A stretch of DNA of 63,333 nt, the filler included, from Collodictyon triciliatum (lineage: Eukaryota): assembly GCA_043381765.1 (NCBI GenBank). It is 5 parts of 5 records of this genome, joined end to end, with 100 filler letters (N's around TTAATTAATTAA, not from the genome) between each part and the next. Parts side by side here need not be neighbours in the genome. Positions count along the whole stretch, not along the records: positions 1 to 17,786 come from JBHJMP010001424.1; positions 17,887 to 35,688 come from JBHJMP010001425.1; 3 more parts are not named here. One strand, written 5' to 3'. The translations under genes were made by a program, and so were the position numbers. Shown in pieces: positions 10,898 to 25,283 of this stretch. The notes under the pieces are model-generated. The model searched no databases. It saw only the letters and a program-made list of their open reading frames with translations, and was not told where the DNA came from. Each line of letters begins with the position of its first letter. Positions within the stretch are counted from its first letter, which is position 1.

Positions 10898-11953
10898 AGG
10901 ACACATCTCCGAGTTCACAACAGACAAGGAAGTTTGCGGCGACTCTCCTCGCAGAAGCGGCCGTTGGGACGAAAGCGAAGAGGACGAAGAGCGTGTCCAA
11001 CGAACTGCGCTTCAAGCAAAAAGACGGGATGAACGAACACATTAAGCGACGAAGAAGTAAAGCGTAAAGAAACGATTGGAACCAACTGCAAAGCACACGC
11101 GGCTTCGTCGAGCGGTTTCCAGCCCGGAGTCATGGACGTTTGGTCAATAATAAAAGAAATAAGAGATCCTGCCCAGTAGTACAGACTGGCAGACTTTCAG
11201 GCGACTTCGGCCTTGTTTTACCACTCTGCTATCTTCTACCTTGTCTTTTCGGTCTTCCTCTTACCGTCTGATGTTTCATCCTGTCATTCACTCTGAACGC
11301 CGCAGTTGCCGCATGTCGCAGGTTTCTGGTCGGNNNNNNNNNNNNNNNNNNNNNNNNNNNNNNNNNNNNNNNNNNNNNNNNNNNNNNNNNNNNNNNNNNN
11401 NNNNNNNNNNNNNNNNNNNNNNNNNNNNNNNNNNNNNNNNNNNNNNNNNNNNNNNNNNNNNNNNNNNNNNNNNNNNNNNNNNNNNNNNNNNNNNNNNNNN
11501 NNNNNNNNNNNNNNNNNNNNNNNNNNNNNNNNNNNNNNNNNNNNNNNNNNNNNNNNNNNNNNNNNNNNNNNNNNNNNNNNNNNNNNNNNNNNNNNNNNNN
11601 NNNNNNNNNNNNNNNNNNNNNNNNNNNNNNNNNNNNNNNNNNNNNNNNNNNNNNNNNNNNNNNNNNNNNNNNNNNNNNNNNNNNNNNNNNNNNNNNNNNN
11701 NNNNNNNNNNNNNNNNNNNNNNNNNNNNNNNNNNNNNNNNNNNNNNNNNNNNNNNNNNNNNNNNNNNNNNNNNNNNNNNNNNNNNNTCGGGACAGAAGTA
11801 AGCGTTTGTCTATCCCTCCTCTAGCGGTGTTGATCCTGCTAGGTCTCATCACGCATCAGCGCATACTCCAAACTCTTTGCTGGAAACAAAACGGCAAAGT
11901 CGCATGAGTGAGAGAAGATGTTGTGGATGTAACATGAATAATCTCGTATGAAG

Positions 11954-14900
11954 GGCAAGTCAGAAGAAAAGGTGACTCTACCGCGGCTGAATCTCCATTC
12001 CAGACAGCGCTTCGGCTCCTCGTTTGATGGTATAGCTTCCCATAGCATCTCAGTAGAATTACTTTTTGTAATATCTGTTGAGGCAATGAGAAACAATTCA
12101 AAAGATAAATAAGTAAAAGAATATAGAATTGATGCATTCAATATTCCCGTTTCTTTAAAGTCAGGTGGTTTTTTTTATCATGTTTAAATTGTGGTATTAT
12201 GATAATTATAATGGAAAAAGGACCCGTTCAATTATGATGAACTTTTATTCTTTTCAGGAGAAAGCCACAATACCATCCTCTTTAATACTTAGCCTGTAAC
12301 GCATAAATAGATTCCTTACTTTCGCGTCCGAGGAGTAAAGATGAATTGAACATAATTGTTCAAAGGTAACAAATTTTGAAATCTTTAAGAAATGTTATAA
12401 TAAGTCACCTCATTCAGTGTTTATAGGGAAGAGTTATATGCGCAACGATGAGACCTTGTTTGTTTTTGTAACCCCATTTTTACCTCAGAGGCTTTTCTAC
12501 CGAGAGACGGCCTTATTCGAGAGAGGTCGGGGCTTTGCTTCAAGCTGAGAGGGTGTATTCAAGATTCCAATCACAAGCCAAAACGGTATTAATGTTAAAA
12601 AAATGCATGTGGTACAAAGATTGTAACCAATACCTCCAGTCTTTCTTCAACTATACCGTATCATATGAAAGAGAGAATTATGTTAAACACTTTTGTAAAT
12701 AAAGCTCTAAAAACAGCACGTTTTTTTTCTTCCATTTAACATCGTTTGATATGCCCTGATGATGCGTACTATGATACATTTCCTCTTCAAAGGCCACAAA
12801 GATTAGCGGTTATCGAGAGTCTATCAAGATGAAACCTCGACCTCCTCGAGGTCCCAAAAAACTTCCTCCGATGCAAACCTTTTCCTTAACCGATGTTCCT
12901 GTCGATCGCAGTGAAGGCGAGGTTTTTTTATTTTATTTTTTTTTTAGAAATTTTCCCTTTTTTTTTTTGTAGAAAATATTTTAAGTGAATCTAGGTGTGC
13001 GGATATACTTATCTTAACTTTCGTTTTCCCGTGTGGTGCTGACCTTATTTTTTATGAAAAGGAATCTGACCTATCCAGCGACTCGGAAGATTCGGAAGAT
13101 GTTGATGGTGCTGAGAGCATCGTTTCGATAGTCAATTCTCAGTTTCATGAAAACTGGACAAGGCTTTCTCATCAAATGGTTGACATATATGAAAATTTGC
13201 TCCATTTACATATGATATCTCAAGCTTTGCAAAGTCTTAGAACTCATAAAGATAACTGAAATAAATGTTAATATATCGATCATATCCTATTTTTCGAATT
13301 TTCTGAACTGTCATTTGTGTCATTGGAATCAATTAAGATGAAAAGTGACATGTCTGGTGAGGTTTACTCCAAAGAGGACAAAGAAAAGGAAAAATATGAA
13401 CCTCCTCGCCTGTTCGATAAAACATTTCAAGAAGCTGTTCAAATGCTTAGTAATTCATCTGATATAATCTATTTAAATAAAAAAAAATTAGCAACACTTT
13501 CCACAGATTATACTTTATAATTTATATATGTTTAGCTAGGAATTTCCTAATTATATGTATTAGATGGTCTCAAGACCAACCATACAACGCAGTCGGCCCA
13601 TATGCTAGAATCAAACTTAAACCTAACACTGGAAAAATCAAGAAAAATAAATGGCAAAAAAATGGTTTGGATAATTAAGATGATTTTTTCCTTTGTAATG
13701 ATTTGTTATATAATTTTAGAACCTCCTGCATTATTTTCATAATTAATTCAATTTATAAAGTTATTTTCATACATTTTTCATAGCCCCGACGAAGAAAGTC
13801 AAAAGGAACTATGCAATATCTTGATGTGAAGGAAATCAAAGCACTAATAAATAGGCAGATATCCATGGGATTGTTGGACCCGAATGAGGGTTAACATCAA
13901 TCAAGATAGTCACCTATCATGAATAGCTTAATCCTAAAATAGATTATAAGAAATGTTATGTATAAAATATTGACAATCCTATTTTTATGTATGTAGCACC
14001 AGTTTTGAACGACAGTATACCCATGAATAATAAAATAGCCGAGGTAATAAATAGAAAGTCTGGACTGCTCTTTTTCTGACAGATATCAGATCAGAAATAT
14101 AATAATAATGCACCCCATTTATTTTCGTACTTTTTCTTGACTAATACACCATTCCAGCTTCTGTTGACACTGACATCGCCACTGACCATGAAAATTAACA
14201 CCCGCTATGAACATATGCTCGGTAGTGAAGAGTGGAATAGTCTCCACCACCATGGTAATATTTATTTGAAGTTTCTACACACATGCGCTCCATATGAACA
14301 TTTCATAAGCCATCATCAACTTAAAAAATTAGAGGATGAAAAGATGAAATAAATGACTTTCAGCCATTAATAAGCATTATTATCGAGGTAGAATCTGCTG
14401 ATAAAGAAAAGATGAAAGATTTTATATCGCATAATGTTGCCAGTATTCCAGGTCATTGCGATAGAGAGGAAAGAGTAAGATTAATGGTAGGTTTGATAGA
14501 TTCACAGTCGCCTATCAACAAGTGATTTCTTCGGTTCTTCGACTTGCATTTAAAAAAATATAGGCTTTGCGCCATCAAAACAGAGTCTCTGCGGTGCTCC
14601 AGCATCACAACCATCTCATGGAAGAGTATAGAATAAGGTAAATATATCAGTTCATCGGCATTCACCCTAATATGTCTTCTTTTTTTAAAAAAAAATAAAT
14701 CGTTTAAAGCGCTCCAAATACTACTGTGTTGTGAAACGCTTCGATAATCATTTGCGATTCATTCTATAACGAGATATTTTTCTAACCAGAATGGAGAACC
14801 TCCCCAAAAGAAGAGAAATGATGAGACAACAAAAATATTATGAGGTTAGTACCTCTATGTTAACCCCATTTTCAATTTTTTTTTTCCCCATTATTTCAAT

Positions 14901-17662
14901 CTATCCTACTCTGCGTGGCCTACGCCTGAAACATATCATAGTAATAAACCCCATTGTTTCATTCAATAGGAGTTTATCATCCCGAAACAGGAAATGTGGT
15001 TGGCCGTCATTTCAGTCGTGAAGTTCAATAGGTTCATCTTGAGATTTCTGATGGTAGTTTCAACTTCCATTACTTTTTATTGATTAATTTTCGTAATCAT
15101 AATCACTCTTGGCTTTTTTTGTGCTACATTTTTTTTATTTTTTATCTTTGCTGTAGTGTTAATTCTCGCCAAATTATAAAAATAACTATGAGTGAAAATG
15201 TTCGAATCCATTTTGATCCAAATTTAATGAACTATGCAGGAAATGAGAAGACAAGTCTTTGATTTTCATCAAATAACGCAAGCAGCCATCTTGATTCAGA
15301 GATTCTATCGCTATTACCGGAATGAAAGAATCAAGAGAATAGTTGTAGCCAAGATGAAGATATCCATGTATGCTATTCCCACCATATTATTCTTTTTCGT
15401 ATAAAATATAAAAGAATCTGGAAGCTGGATAGAATGTTGTGTTCATGCTATTTTGAATTGTTTCGAAAAAAAAACCTTTAGGTTTCTTACGCGTGTGATA
15501 CGCAGAGTTAAGAGGGCAAGAGTTCACCAATCTATTCGCCTTCTTCAGTTGTTTTTAACAAACAATCTCAAATGTGCCAAGACTAAAATTGTAATACATG
15601 CGTACATTTCGAGATGTAAGTCCACTGGGTAAATTGTTTGTTGATTTGTATCGTTGAAAGTCCTATTTTCTCCCCGAAAAATACATATAAAATAAAATGG
15701 TTCTCACAGGCTAACCGAAAAAAAATTCGCCGATCTTTCGCAATTAATAGGTATCAAGATACAGCGTTGGTGGAGGGCATGTCTACAAACAAAGAACGCC
15801 CAAATAGAACTGGTTTCCCATCAATACATACAAGGGGAGATGGACTTGTTCAAGCAACTTAGCTCAAAGGACAGACAAGTTTGTGGATCACTTTGCCAAA
15901 AAAAAAAATAGAAGTGCTTTTTGTAGTATTACCATTTCAGAAAAAAACAAGATTTTTTTAAAGTTCTTCAATTTATCAATAGGAGATGATTAGACTCAGT
16001 ACCGAACGAAAGAGAATGCTCGTTTTACAAACCGCTCCGACATTGACCGCCCCAAAACAGAAATAGTATACAAAAATATTTGTTATTATTAGCATATATT
16101 TTTTCTATCAGGAAAAGTTGCACTACCAAAAAATCGGCAAAAATGTGTGAGAGTATTTAGACTTTGCCTCAACCCACTCATATTATCTTATCTTATTATT
16201 GCATCTAATGTATTGACTTTTGCTTTGATTTTATGATTCTTGTATTTTACTGTATTTTACTGTATTTTACTGTATTTTACTGTATTTTACTGTATTTTAC
16301 TGTATTTTACTGTATTTTACTGTATTTTACTGTATTTTACTGTATTTTACTGTAGTTCCGGTCGTCGAGCATCTTCCTTGTCTGAAACGTCAACAGCTAA
16401 CTCATCAGGAGTTTCACCTGCACCCCCACCAAAGCAAGGCACCCCGTAATGATGCTGATGACACATATCTCTTATCTACGTTCTGCCATGAATAGATTTC
16501 CTGGCTCTTTAATTATTGAATATATATATTAAACCTTACCATTTTATGTACAATCGAATCAGAAAACTCGCAACCATCTCCGAGAGCAACACTTTAGAAT
16601 ACACTCCTGAAAATACTTGTTGGATTTAGATTTTCTTCGAAAATGATGAATGGAGGGCTTACCCTGCTATAAATTAAACTAATCACAAACTTCTCTAATG
16701 AAGCCACAAAACAGCAATCTAAGAAGAGTTTGAAGAAGACTGCAGATATGTACCCAACCACTGATGGCTCTTTGCTGGACAAGTACTCCTCCTTCAAGCT
16801 TACAAAACCACCACACCAACTTAAGATATTGAATTACACATTAAGATTTCTTACTCATGATATTGCATCTAAAATCAGCCACCAATTATGCCCATATACT
16901 CCGTAAATATGTAGTGAACTGAAAATGGAGGTTGTCTCTGCGGATTGGAGAATCCGAAGAAAATTTTATTTGAGAGAAATGGCCCAGTATATATTAATGG
17001 CCAATGCTTTCAAACAATGTCGGGTGCGTCAGTTGGTTATTTGTCTTTGTAAAAAAAAAAATTCTGAAACAGCATACTTCGATTCCGCAACTTTTTTTTT
17101 TCTGGACTCTTAATTTTCAAATTGAATGATTTGCGCTCCAAAGATGAACCCTTTTCATTCATCCACAGACACACTGTGAAATCTACGACTTCTCAACTAA
17201 TCCCGCTTCCCGTAAACAAGTCGAAATCCTTGAGGAACCCACAAAGCCGACATTTAGTGTTGTATTATCCCCTAAGGAAATGCACGACCTGACAACTCTC
17301 GCTTTCTATCGATTAAAGTAAGCGTTTCTCGAATAATTGCTTCATTTGGTTTAGTAAAATTCACTTGCTTGCGTTCTCCAAACAATACCTTTGCTCTGTG
17401 ATGTTCTTTTCTCCAATGTTCAGGTCTGGAATACCTTTGGCAAGTGTCGATGACTATTATGACCAGTGGCTGTGGAACAGTGAACTTATCCCTGAACTGC
17501 ATTCGCAAGATGGAGATGAAGAGCGAGTGCGAAAGGTCACAAAAAAAAAAAACATACGTCTAATTTACTCTTCAAACGTTAAGTAGATGTTTATTTGCAG
17601 CAAAATACTCAATGCTTGAACATTTGCAGCGCCGCTCGAAGAATGCCAAGAAGGTGGCCTGA
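11954..17662 (+). CDS. Large multi-exon IQ-motif/helical protein of unknown function; 5' end unresolved near the gap
   Basis: More than 20 exons join in frame through GT-AG introns. IQ-like motifs AAILIQRFYRYYRNER and CIKIQRWWRACLQTK. Last exon RRSKNAKKVA* ends at TGA 17660-17662. Confidence 0.72.
16242..16353. repeat. Intronic (TGTATTTTAC)n decamer tandem repeat
   Basis: About 11 perfect copies ending at the acceptor TGTAG. Confidence 0.95.
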
Positions 17663-17906
17663 ATATGGCAGTATCTGTATATACACAACTGGGTATTTCG
17701 AAGCCTCTCTCAGAACGGCTCATCTCTAATGTCTCACCCTTCTCCATGAAAATACTCCAAAGGCATATGTATTGCTCACTAGAGTCNNNNNNNNNNNNNN
17801 NNNNNNNNNNNNNNNNNNNNNNNNNNNNNNTTAATTAATTAANNNNNNNNNNNNNNNNNNNNNNNNNNNNNNNNNNNNNNNNNNNNTGGTGTGTGGTTCT
17901 AGACAA

Positions 17907-18033
<127 letters not shown>

Positions 18034-18046
18034 AATATTCACACAG

Positions 18047-18610
18047 GTCAGACATCACGCAGGATACATTGTCCCTCAAGTCAGTAATTATATGTATATA
18101 AAAAAAGAGGCGTAAGGAGAATGAGAAAGTTCACTAGGGTGGCTCAAATATGGCAATACTCTTTGGAGGCGGAGCGGAAGCAATAGACTGGGGCATTTGT
18201 GGATGAGCAGATACGAGCAACCCGTCGTTGTTATAAGGAGGATGTCCATTCGGATTCATATCTGCCTATCTATTTGTATTGCCCTGTTTGCACAGCTGTT
18301 AATGTTGGTGTCTTCTCTGCTTCCGATATCTGCAAGAACGGCACGCTCAGCGTTGAAGGATATGAATTATGTAAGAAGCTAATTGCGCGAGTTATGGAAA
18401 GGAAATCACATCTGCGAGTATTCTCATGTGAGTTCAGGCTCACTCAAAGGTAGAAAGAGCATATCTCTGTATGTGATAATAAATATGTTTTTTCTCTCTC
18501 TCTCTTTGAAATGAGAGATAAATGTAATTATGAAGGCGGAAGCTGCATAAAAAAAAAAACCAAGAGCGAGATACTGGCTTTCTTAGTTATTGAATGGCCT
18601 GGTGTTATGA
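18047..18610 (+). CDS. 3' exons of an unidentified gene whose 5' part is lost in the gap
   Basis: Four phase-0 GT-AG-bounded exons join to VRHHAGYIVPQ/GGSNMAILFGGGAEAIDWAFVDEQIRATRRCYKED/LLMLVSSLLPISARTARSALKDMNY/LLNGLVL*. No family recognised. Confidence 0.5.
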
Positions 18611-19399
18611 AAATGCAGCGACAAAGAAATAAATGTCCAAGCGTAGGCGAGGGAGGTCTGTAAGACAGCACAACATCGATACGTGAATAGGTAAGCATTG
18701 TCGCTGGAGCGGATAATTACCATCGATTCGCTTTGTTTTTATTGATTTATTCCTAAAAATAAAAAAATATAAAAAAAAAAAGGAGGCCAAGGAAATGGAG
18801 GTTTGCATGATGACTGCTTCCCAACCTCTCCATCCGATTCTTTTTGAAGGAGACTTGCAACTATCCGTTTTAATAATCAGTTATAATTTTTATATTTTGG
18901 CCTTCGCTTTTAGTTTTGCTTTTGACCATGACTGTGACTATGACTTTTCATATATATCATTTGCGCCTTTGCTTCCTCGAAACACTTTCCCCCTTACAAA
19001 AAAGACAAACCAGTGATTCTTTAAAATTTCAAATTTTCAAAAGCAGCCCCACAACTTTTTACAATATTCTGCACGCTAAATGGACAGAAATCATTGCAAA
19101 CAAACTCAACAGAACTCGATGTATCGTCGTTCATAATCATTTGAAATGCATTTGACCTGTTTTATATTTATACAAATATAATAATTTTTTTAAATAATAA
19201 TAATAATAATAATTAATAATAAAACTAAATCATGTCGGTATCTCAATCAATGGCGGATTCCTACCCGCAAAGAGCAGTTTGAAAGTTTGTAATTGCCAGA
19301 AAGGGCGCTGGGATTGGCGGTTGGATAGTCGCTTTGGTGGTGGTGAGGCCAAACGTATCTATGGCATCACCACATGGCACAAGACTTGCAACAGATGAG

Positions 19400-21162
19400 T
19401 CAAAGGATTCTGTTCGGTGGAGATGAGCATGAACAGTCAATTATACTGTGCACTTTCCTTTTTCCTTTGTCTTTTTTTTTAATCCACATATCACTGGGAA
19501 AAGACGGATGGTTGGCGTGAGAATCTCCATGGCGATGACAAGATACAACATCACACAGATGGACGAATTTGTTTTGCGTCGAACTGAGTGTTTTTTTTTT
19601 TATTTTTATATTTATTATTATTATCATCTTTCATTTACATCAAGGATAAAAATAAAAAAGAGAGAAAAAAAGGAGAAAAATAAGAGTCTTCTGTCTGGTG
19701 GATTTTCAAAATTAGTGCGTGCTGGGTCACATCTACGACCGTAGGCGGACGACGACGATGGAGATATTGTCTGTGCTTTCAGATAGAAAAGCCATATCTT
19801 TAAGAATCAAAGCTGCAGCACGACAGCTTTCGCACCCTTCAATCATTTTGGCAGCATCCTCATCACTCACGGTGTCCCACAGACCATCTGACGCCACGAT
19901 GAGCCATTCATCCTTCTCCGACCTGAAGTGATTTCCATCGGAATTTGAGGATATAAGGTTCAGTATACGTACATGCAGACAAGTGCGTGTTTGTAGCATC
20001 GTCGCGAGGAAATAAATAGATAAATGAGGAACATCGCTATCATAATCAAAGGGGCAAGATTGCCTGTTCAGTTCAAGAAGGAAAGGCTCTGGTGTGACGG
20101 ACGGTTGTAGATGCAGGTCACCAAACGAGCGAGAGACTGCAAGGACACCAGAGATGCGCCCGTCTTCAGTAACAAATCCTCCCATGTCGCGAATTCGCCC
20201 GTGTTCATCAGGATTCTGCCAACATTTTAAATCGCAACCAGAGGTTTGAAGGATTAGTTCACAATACACATAAAAAATGAAAGGGACAGAGGAATAAACA
20301 GCTAACTTAAAAAAAAAAAGAGACATAAAAATTGTGCGCATGTATGTAATTTAATAAAGTTAAGTAAAACAATAATAATGAAATTAAATAGAATGAATGT
20401 ATAAATTACAAACATATGGTTTGTGGTCGACAGACACGCGCTCCACTTGACCCCCTCTGCGACAAATAATTGCTCGAGAGTCACCGGCATTTGCAACAAA
20501 TATTTGTGTTTTGGTAATCTGATGCATACCAACGTTTGTTGTGTGTAGGTGGCAAATATTGAAGAAATAAGAGAAGCAAAATGAAACAGCAGTATCTCAA
20601 AACATATTTGAAAAAATAATTACAAGTATGAGATGATTTGGTCTGAAAAGTTCATAAAGGTATTTCCTTTTGTTTTTTCTTCAATTTTTTAAATAGAGTA
20701 CCAAAACAGTTGATGATGTACTTCCGGATGCTATCGATGTAGACTCCTTGAGATTTGAGTCCATATCGATATATGTTCTAAATATTCGCAAAAAGAAAGA
20801 AAGAAAGAAACAGCAAAGTAGAAATTTTGATTTAGAAGGGCAGTTGTGTAAGACACGGTGTTGAACCACATAAAGCTGTACTTTTTCAAAGCGTCCGTAG
20901 GTTTTGACGTTTCAAGATGTTTTTTGAGTGCCTACAACGTTCAAAAAGACTTAAAATCTGTGAAAATAAAAAAAAGGAAGAGGGAGCTACTGAGATGTCC
21001 AAAGAAAGGTGCTTGAAATCGAGTCCATATCAAAAGCATTACAATGGGAAAGGCATCCTTCAAATGTTGGGCAGTCGACACTCCGTCATGACCTACATTA
21101 AGAGTGGTTCATATTTAACTGAGAAATTCTATTCAAAACAGTATCTACTTAAGCGATGACTA

Positions 21163-21257
<95 letters not shown>

Positions 21258-24200
21258 TAATAATCCTGCCATCAAAAACCGCCACCAGGACTTGAAGACC
21301 AGGTATGTCATGACATATGCATATTTGATCTTCCATGTCATTTCTTCTTCCTAAATATGTCGAGAACCCCACCTATGATATTTATATTGATACAAAATGT
21401 TACAAAAGCTCAAGAGCATAGATATTGAAGGAAATTAATAACCTGAGAGAAACAGAAAATAAATAATTTGAACAGCGAGCAATTTATATGATTATCGCAT
21501 TTTAAAGAATACCTCAATACCAAGACTTTCTGGCACTGTTTCGGCCAAACGCATCAGCTCAAAAGAATACTAAAAAAAAAAGTTATACGACTATTGCCAA
21601 CACTAGACCAGTATTAGTTTTCAGATTATGCCCTTTTTATTTTTATACTTTGTTCAACGTTGCTATTTTTTCGCTCATAGAAGCCAGTTCTCCGATTCGG
21701 AGCTCACGGCTAGTCAGATCAAAGACCCTACCGTGCTCTTTCGTTACTTATGACTTTATAATGAACACATATTATCAACATATAGAATTATTGGTGTGGA
21801 AAATAAATTATTATTATTACTTCAGTCGCGAACTTGTGGCAAAGTCCTGGGGGATAGATGTGACTCTGTTCTCAGATAAATCCTATGAATGTTTATGAAG
21901 TTTTACCAATTATAATAACAATAATAAATGCTCATCACAAAAAATGGAAGAACGAAAACAAATGGATGTTTGGAATGAAGCGGAGGCTCTTTGCTATTAT
22001 CAGATGCTTGAATAATTACCAAAATATGAAGTTGTCTTGTATTTAGCAAAAATCCAGCTGGCAGTTCCTCGAGTTTATTGTTTGATATATCAAGTACTGT
22101 ATATTACAAAACATTCCATTAAACTTATGTGGCGATGGATGTTAAAAGAGTGTCTATCACATTATGCATTTCGCAAATATTATTTGTATTTTGTTTTTAT
22201 TTGTTTTTGGACAGTAAAAAAAAAAAATCCATCAAGGTTGAAATCGTACCAGATATGCAAGACATCCCATTAATTACATCAAGATATGACCTATCTGAGA
22301 AGTCGCATGAGCCCTGCATTATGGATATAATATATTCATGTTCGAGTATGAGTGACCAGCCGATTACAATACGAACGAGGGTATAAGCAAGGAAATAGCA
22401 TCACGATACCATCCACAAGCATTTCAGCGTCGTCATAGATGAATATTCGGCAGGAATTTCAGTAATCGGATTGTGGGCTATTTGAAGACACCAGAGACCA
22501 TTATGTTCATTCGCGAATAAGAAAAGTTCGACAGCAGAATTGCATATTATTAGAAAAAAAAACAATAAGAGGCATACATGCGTGAATCTCAATCAGATTT
22601 TTCAAGCTTGTAACACTCGAGGGGAGAGACTTGATTCGATTGTAAGCAATAAAGAGCTTCTTCAGCTTAGAGAACCTGTTTCAGATGTTAATTAAACAGT
22701 AGTATTCTATTGAAATAAAAAAGAAACGTGTACGTGTTCATTTGATTGATCTTCATAACTGTTCATTGGTGGCAGATAATAAGACCCTCCCTCAAAAAAA
22801 AAAATTAAATTGAAAAAAAAAGAAGAAAACCTTTGGAACAGATCAGGAAGGGATTCAATTTGGTTGCTGTGGATATTCAATAATTGCAAATTGGTCAAAT
22901 GGGAGAGCGTTTGTGGCAAACCAGTCAGACGGTTTCGGAATAATTTGAGTTCCTATATAAATGCAATGCTCCATGTAAAAAATTACAAAGAATATACAAA
23001 CGCTGCTGTCAGAAAAAAAGACACGCAATAATCTCAGTAGATAAAATCATGTATTATTACTATTACTATTACTATTGGTTTACCTGAAGATTTGCTAATC
23101 CCTCACAAACTTCAGGAAATTCAGCAATATTATTGTTCGAAAGGTCCAGCTTACAAATTCGTTCAAGCGAGACGGTGAAACTGTTTGGAATGCGTTCTAT
23201 ATTGTGATAAACATGTAAATATGTGATGTATATTGAGGGAACGGCATATATTCATAGTAAGGAAATATAAGCCCAATCATTAAATAACCAGAGGTCACCT
23301 ATGGCCCCATTTGTAAGGTATACAGTAGAGAGATTTTTTGCGTTTACAATAGCCTCAGGGATGTCTACATATTTGTGCCCTCTTGTATGAATGGTAGCGA
23401 GTAAAGGTGCAGAAAAAATATCTTCACAAAGATTTGTCAATGGATTGCCATCAAGAAGTATTAAGTTCAGGCTTCGAATATGTCCCATCTTGGGGGGCAG
23501 GTCTATCAACTACAATATGATGTTGAAAAAAATAGTGATTATTTCTGATAACAAAAGATTATCCATATCAAAATTTCACATGGCAGAAGAAGATATTATT
23601 ATGATGAGGTCTTTTCTGTTTTGAGGCAAATCGTACCTTGTTATCTGTCAATATTAGTCTTTTCAAGACTGGCATTTCGCAAACAGAAGAGGGTAAGTGC
23701 GATAACTCGTTCCCCAAGAGATTAAGTTCTGCCAGATGGACTAATTTTTCCATGGAATTGGGAAGCTCGCTAATTATGTTTCTTTTTAAATTCAGCTTTA
23801 CGAGAGAGCCGCAGTTGCAGAGTTCGACGGGAATGCTGACAAGATTGTTGTTTGACAAATCCAAGTGAAACAAGGAAACAAGACTGCTCACAGTTCGCGG
23901 AAGGCTTCTGATACAATTTCCCACCAACTTCAACTCCTATATATATTAACGTTTATGAACTACGAAGGTGCAGTATTTAACTTTTTGATGCAAATGGTCA
24001 ACAAATAAACGTCTTAGTATTAACCTGCAATTGAGATAAACCTCCGATGCCAGAGGTCACATCGTCGAGTTTGTTGAACGATATGTCCAACAAAAATAGT
24101 TTTGAAAGGTTCTGTATTTCGTCGGGGAGCTTGACTAGTTTATTCCCCCATAAGAGAAGCTCTGTCAACCCTGTGAGGTTTCCAATCTCTTTTGGAATGA

Positions 24201-25283
24201 ATGTGATTGAATTGTTGCTTAGGTTTAAAATCTGCAGCCGCACAAGAAACCCTATTTGGCCTGGTATGCTGCGCAGTTTATTGTCGAAAATCTGCTCAGG
24301 AAAATAGGATATCGATTGTAGTCAGCACATCATAGAGTACATGTGGATTGACTTGTTTAATAGGTAGAATCAGACACCTCTATCGCCTTGCACAAGTTGA
24401 AAGGAAAAATAAAGTAAAAAAAAGTATAATCAAAAGAGTGTAAGATTTAAGATTAAATGTTAACGAAGATGGACATGTAATATCACATATATATAAGTAG
24501 AATAGGAAACAAATCATCATGTTTCAACGTCTTTCCATGTTTTGAATACCGGTGCGAAATGATGAACCCTAACCTGAAATTCCTCGAGGTTTGTAAGCGC
24601 AGAAACTGTAGGAGGGATTTCTGTAATAACGTTTGAATTGAAGACAAAGATTCTCAGATGAACAGCGCCAAATACTTCGCGAGGCACAGCACTGAGAGAT
24701 TCCTTCTGCATGTCAAACTATACAGTTTTTTCGAAACAAAAATCAAAGAAAAAGAAGATATATTTTATGAGAGTTAACTTGCAAAAAAAAAAAAAAGTGA
24801 TGTAATAGGTTATGAAAACATCTCGATCGCACATATTTTGGTTCGACAAAAAGTTTAGAAGTAAATATAAGCGAAAGAAGACTTTAGAAAATTATTGGTT
24901 TCTGGGAAAATATGTCGATGTTTTATAGCATCGACCTGATCCCTTGTTTGAGAATACACGCGAATTAAATACAAAAACAAAAATAACAACAAAAATAACA
25001 AAAAAATATCAATAAAAACAAAAAACAAAAACAATACCAAAAAAAATAATGGAAAAGAAACAGCAAAAGCAAAAACATATGCGTGCCAAAATATAAAAGT
25101 TTGCCAAAAGTCAAAAAAGTAGTGCAGTGGTGTGTATCCATTTACGATCGAGGGTGAAAAAGAATAACTTTATGAGCATACCTTCCTTGTCAACTTTGAC
25201 GACTCGATTCGACTTGCGATGGAGTCCGGGTCATCAATAACAGCAACGGACGATCGCTTGCTCATGCTGCAAGAGCCTCCCAT
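19400..25283 (-). CDS. Leucine-rich-repeat PP2C (PPM) protein phosphatase (LRR-PP2C architecture as in PHLPP or the Cyr1 regulatory region) with N-terminal acylation motif
   Basis: Start MGGSCS at 25283, followed by many LxxLxLxxNxLxxLP repeats. PP2C motifs GRRNDMED, FDGH, GST, ANAGDSRA, DHKP, GVLAVSRSFGD, IVASDGLWD, STDNIS. It stops at 19733 if unspliced there, or at 19400 through two more phase-compatible exons. Confidence 0.92.
21162..21253. repeat. Intronic (TAA)n microsatellite
   Basis: Directly visible inside a GC-AG intron of the PP2C gene. Confidence 0.97.

Noticed and set aside
12427-12460. Apparent exon needing a non-canonical AT donor in the IQ gene
   Set aside because: A single GT-AG intron (12366-12488) restores the frame without it.
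16242-16353. CRISPR-like or other prokaryotic defence arrays
   Set aside because: All repeats are head-to-tail without unique spacers, and no cas, transposase, integrase or reverse-transcriptase motifs were seen.
17787-17886. TTAATTAATTAA palindrome embedded in Ns (also at about 35733, 53586 and 61502)
   Set aside because: Identical 100-nt six-frame-stop spacer inserted during scaffolding; it is not biological, and adjacency across these joins is less certain.
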